Shown here: one piece after another, positions 49,317-50,688 of the stretch
Layout: each line of letters begins with the position of its first letter
Numbering within the stretch: the first letter of the stretch is position 1
NCBI GenBank assembly: GCA_044426075.1
Contig: JAWXUT010000001.1
Location: 1-50,688 of the forward strand
Reading direction: 5' to 3'
Source: Bacillota bacterium
GTDB lineage: Bacteria; Bacillota; Clostridia; Christensenellales; DTU072
DNA length: 50,688 nucleotides
Made by a program: the position numbers and the translations under genes
The notes under the pieces: generated by a model
What the model was told of the DNA's origin: nothing
Seen by the model: only the letters and a program-made list of their open reading frames with translations
Databases searched by the model: none

Positions 49317-50678
49317 CTATTTGCTTGCTAGTTTTTTAACTGCACCGAACTTGCCTTTTTCTATTGCATGTACAAATGCAATGTCATTTTTAGAACCTAA
49401 TTTTTTTATTTCTGCTACGGTGTCTTTGTAGCTTATAACATTGAACATATCAGCTTTTGCTTTTATGCAATACTCGTTAAAAAACTCTTTTCTTATTTTT
49501 GTAAGGGCATATTTATGTGTGTGTACTTTACACAACTGTATTAAGCCCCTTGTTTGGTCAGTAAACTTCTTTCTTGATGACATATGTGTATCTAAATGCT
49601 TAAATATATCAAAATGAACGTATAGCCTTTGGTCATCTGCTGCTACATCTTGCCCTTCTCTTGCTAATCTATAGTAATACAAATATTCTGATATTGACAC
49701 AACTGAACGCGCAGAAGAATATATTTCAACCTTAAAAGGCAAATCATCAAATCTTGGCAAATCTGTATAGAATGAAATTTTTGATTGCTCGATTCTACTT
49801 CTTAAATAAATACCGCGCCAAATTGCAACTCGTAAACTTGCCATAAGTTCACGAACTTTTGCAGCATCTGTAACGCCATTACAATATGGATAACCGATAT
49901 TATCCTCAACTTGTACAATTTCGCCCGTATTTTCATATAAAAAATTAAATCCGCAGTGGCTAATTTCATAACTGCCTTGCATAGCTCTTGATAATAATTT
50001 TTTATACATTGTTGGGTCAATATAATCATCTGGATCTATAAAGCCGATATAGGTGCCTTGTGCCCTATCCATGCCATATTGCCTTGCTGAAGCACAACCA
50101 CCATTTTCTTTAGTTAGTAGTTTAATTCTGTTATCATTTTTTGCATATTCTTGCACTATTTCTGCACAATTATCGGGTGAACCATCATCAACAAATAAAA
50201 ATTCAATGTAGGGAGCTTTCCACGCAGTTACGGTTTCTATGCACTTTGGTAAATATTTTGCTATGTTGTACATAGGCAAAATTACACTTAGTTCTATATC
50301 CCTTTTTGTCCATGCTAAAATTTCGCTAGGCTTATCTATCCCCCAACCGAACAAATACATACTTTCGGCATATTCTCTAGCTTTTTCCCATACGCTAAAT
50401 GAACTTACATCATCACTATTCAATGTACCAACAATATGTTGTGGTTTAAAAAATTCTAGTTCATATATTATTGCATCTTCAGAATCGGGCGTATCAAAAA
50501 CAAAGGCATCGCAGTCTAAACTTTTTGCCTTATCTAGCCCATCACGCAACAAATATGTTATTTTTTTAGGCATATTAATTGTTTTATCAAATTCAGTTAT
50601 TTTTTTTAATTCTTGTTTTACATCTTTTAATTGTTCTTGCTCATTCCAAATTAGACATACTTCTGTTAACTTTGTCAC
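49317..50678 (-). CDS. Family-2 glycosyltransferase with an N-terminal extension of about 125 aa (5' end may lie outside the window)
   Basis: GT-A core SVILPMYN...FVDDGSPDN...IGFIDPDD (DxD). The listed GTG start at 50678 has no SD, and the frame stays open to position 50688. Confidence 0.75.
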   Translation of the reverse strand: MTKLTEVCLIWNEQEQLKDVKQELKKITEFDKTINMPKKITYLLRDGLDKAKSLDCDAFVFDTPDSEDAIIYELEFFKPQHIVGTLNSDDVSSFSVWEKAREYAESMYLFGWGIDKPSEILAWTKRDIELSVILPMYNIAKYLPKCIETVTAWKAPYIEFLFVDDGSPDNCAEIVQEYAKNDNRIKLLTKENGGCASARQYGMDRAQGTYIGFIDPDDYIDPTMYKKLLSRAMQGSYEISHCGFNFLYENTGEIVQVEDNIGYPYCNGVTDAAKVRELMASLRVAIWRGIYLRSRIEQSKISFYTDLPRFDDLPFKVEIYSSARSVVSISEYLYYYRLAREGQDVAADDQRLYVHFDIFKHLDTHMSSRKKFTDQTRGLIQLCKVHTHKYALTKIRKEFFNEYCIKAKADMFNVISYKDTVAEIKKLGSKNDIAFVHAIEKGKFGAVKKLASK

Positions 50679-50688
50679 TTTAAGAATA

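Overview
A 50.7-kb chromosomal window from a low-G+C, Firmicutes-type bacterium, densely coded and mostly core housekeeping. It opens with a 12-gene plus-strand block, AIR-synthase-like, yicC, gmk, rpoZ, coaBC, priA, def, fmt, rsmB, rlmN, rsgA, rpe. This is followed by pckG, a minus-strand run galT-dnaX-ybaB-recR-lysA, and then galK-lgt-pncB-smc-ftsY. The remainder holds an MFS/oxidoreductase pair, tRNA-Val(GAC), ileS, guaBA and a GH3 glycosidase. Four parts are not ordinary. (1) 42983..50688 is a visibly more A+T-rich minus-strand operon. It joins a complete CMP-Kdo pathway (kdsB-kdsA-kpsF-kdsC) by translational coupling to a GT2 glycosyltransferase and a 1,122-aa multidomain orphan protein. 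I read it as a candidate Kdo-containing surface-glycan system and rank it as the most interesting locus. (2) A lone AlbA_2/Schlafen-like + HATPase_c_4 + wHTH gene has a promoter built from 11-bp tandem repeats, and a second array of the same repeat lies about 119 bp upstream. (3) A roughly 129-bp palindromic, terminator-carrying intergenic element occurs twice, at 11.6 kb and 28.4 kb. At the second site it expands into a mosaic of 79-bp tandem units. (4) A 5.x-copy 40-bp tandem array, each unit carrying nested TGTCA/TGACA inverted repeats, sits between two convergent terminators at the edge of the Kdo island. No CRISPR array, transposase, integrase, rRNA or recognisable riboswitch was seen. 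All calls come from reading the sequence and the ORF translations by eye; no database search was run.
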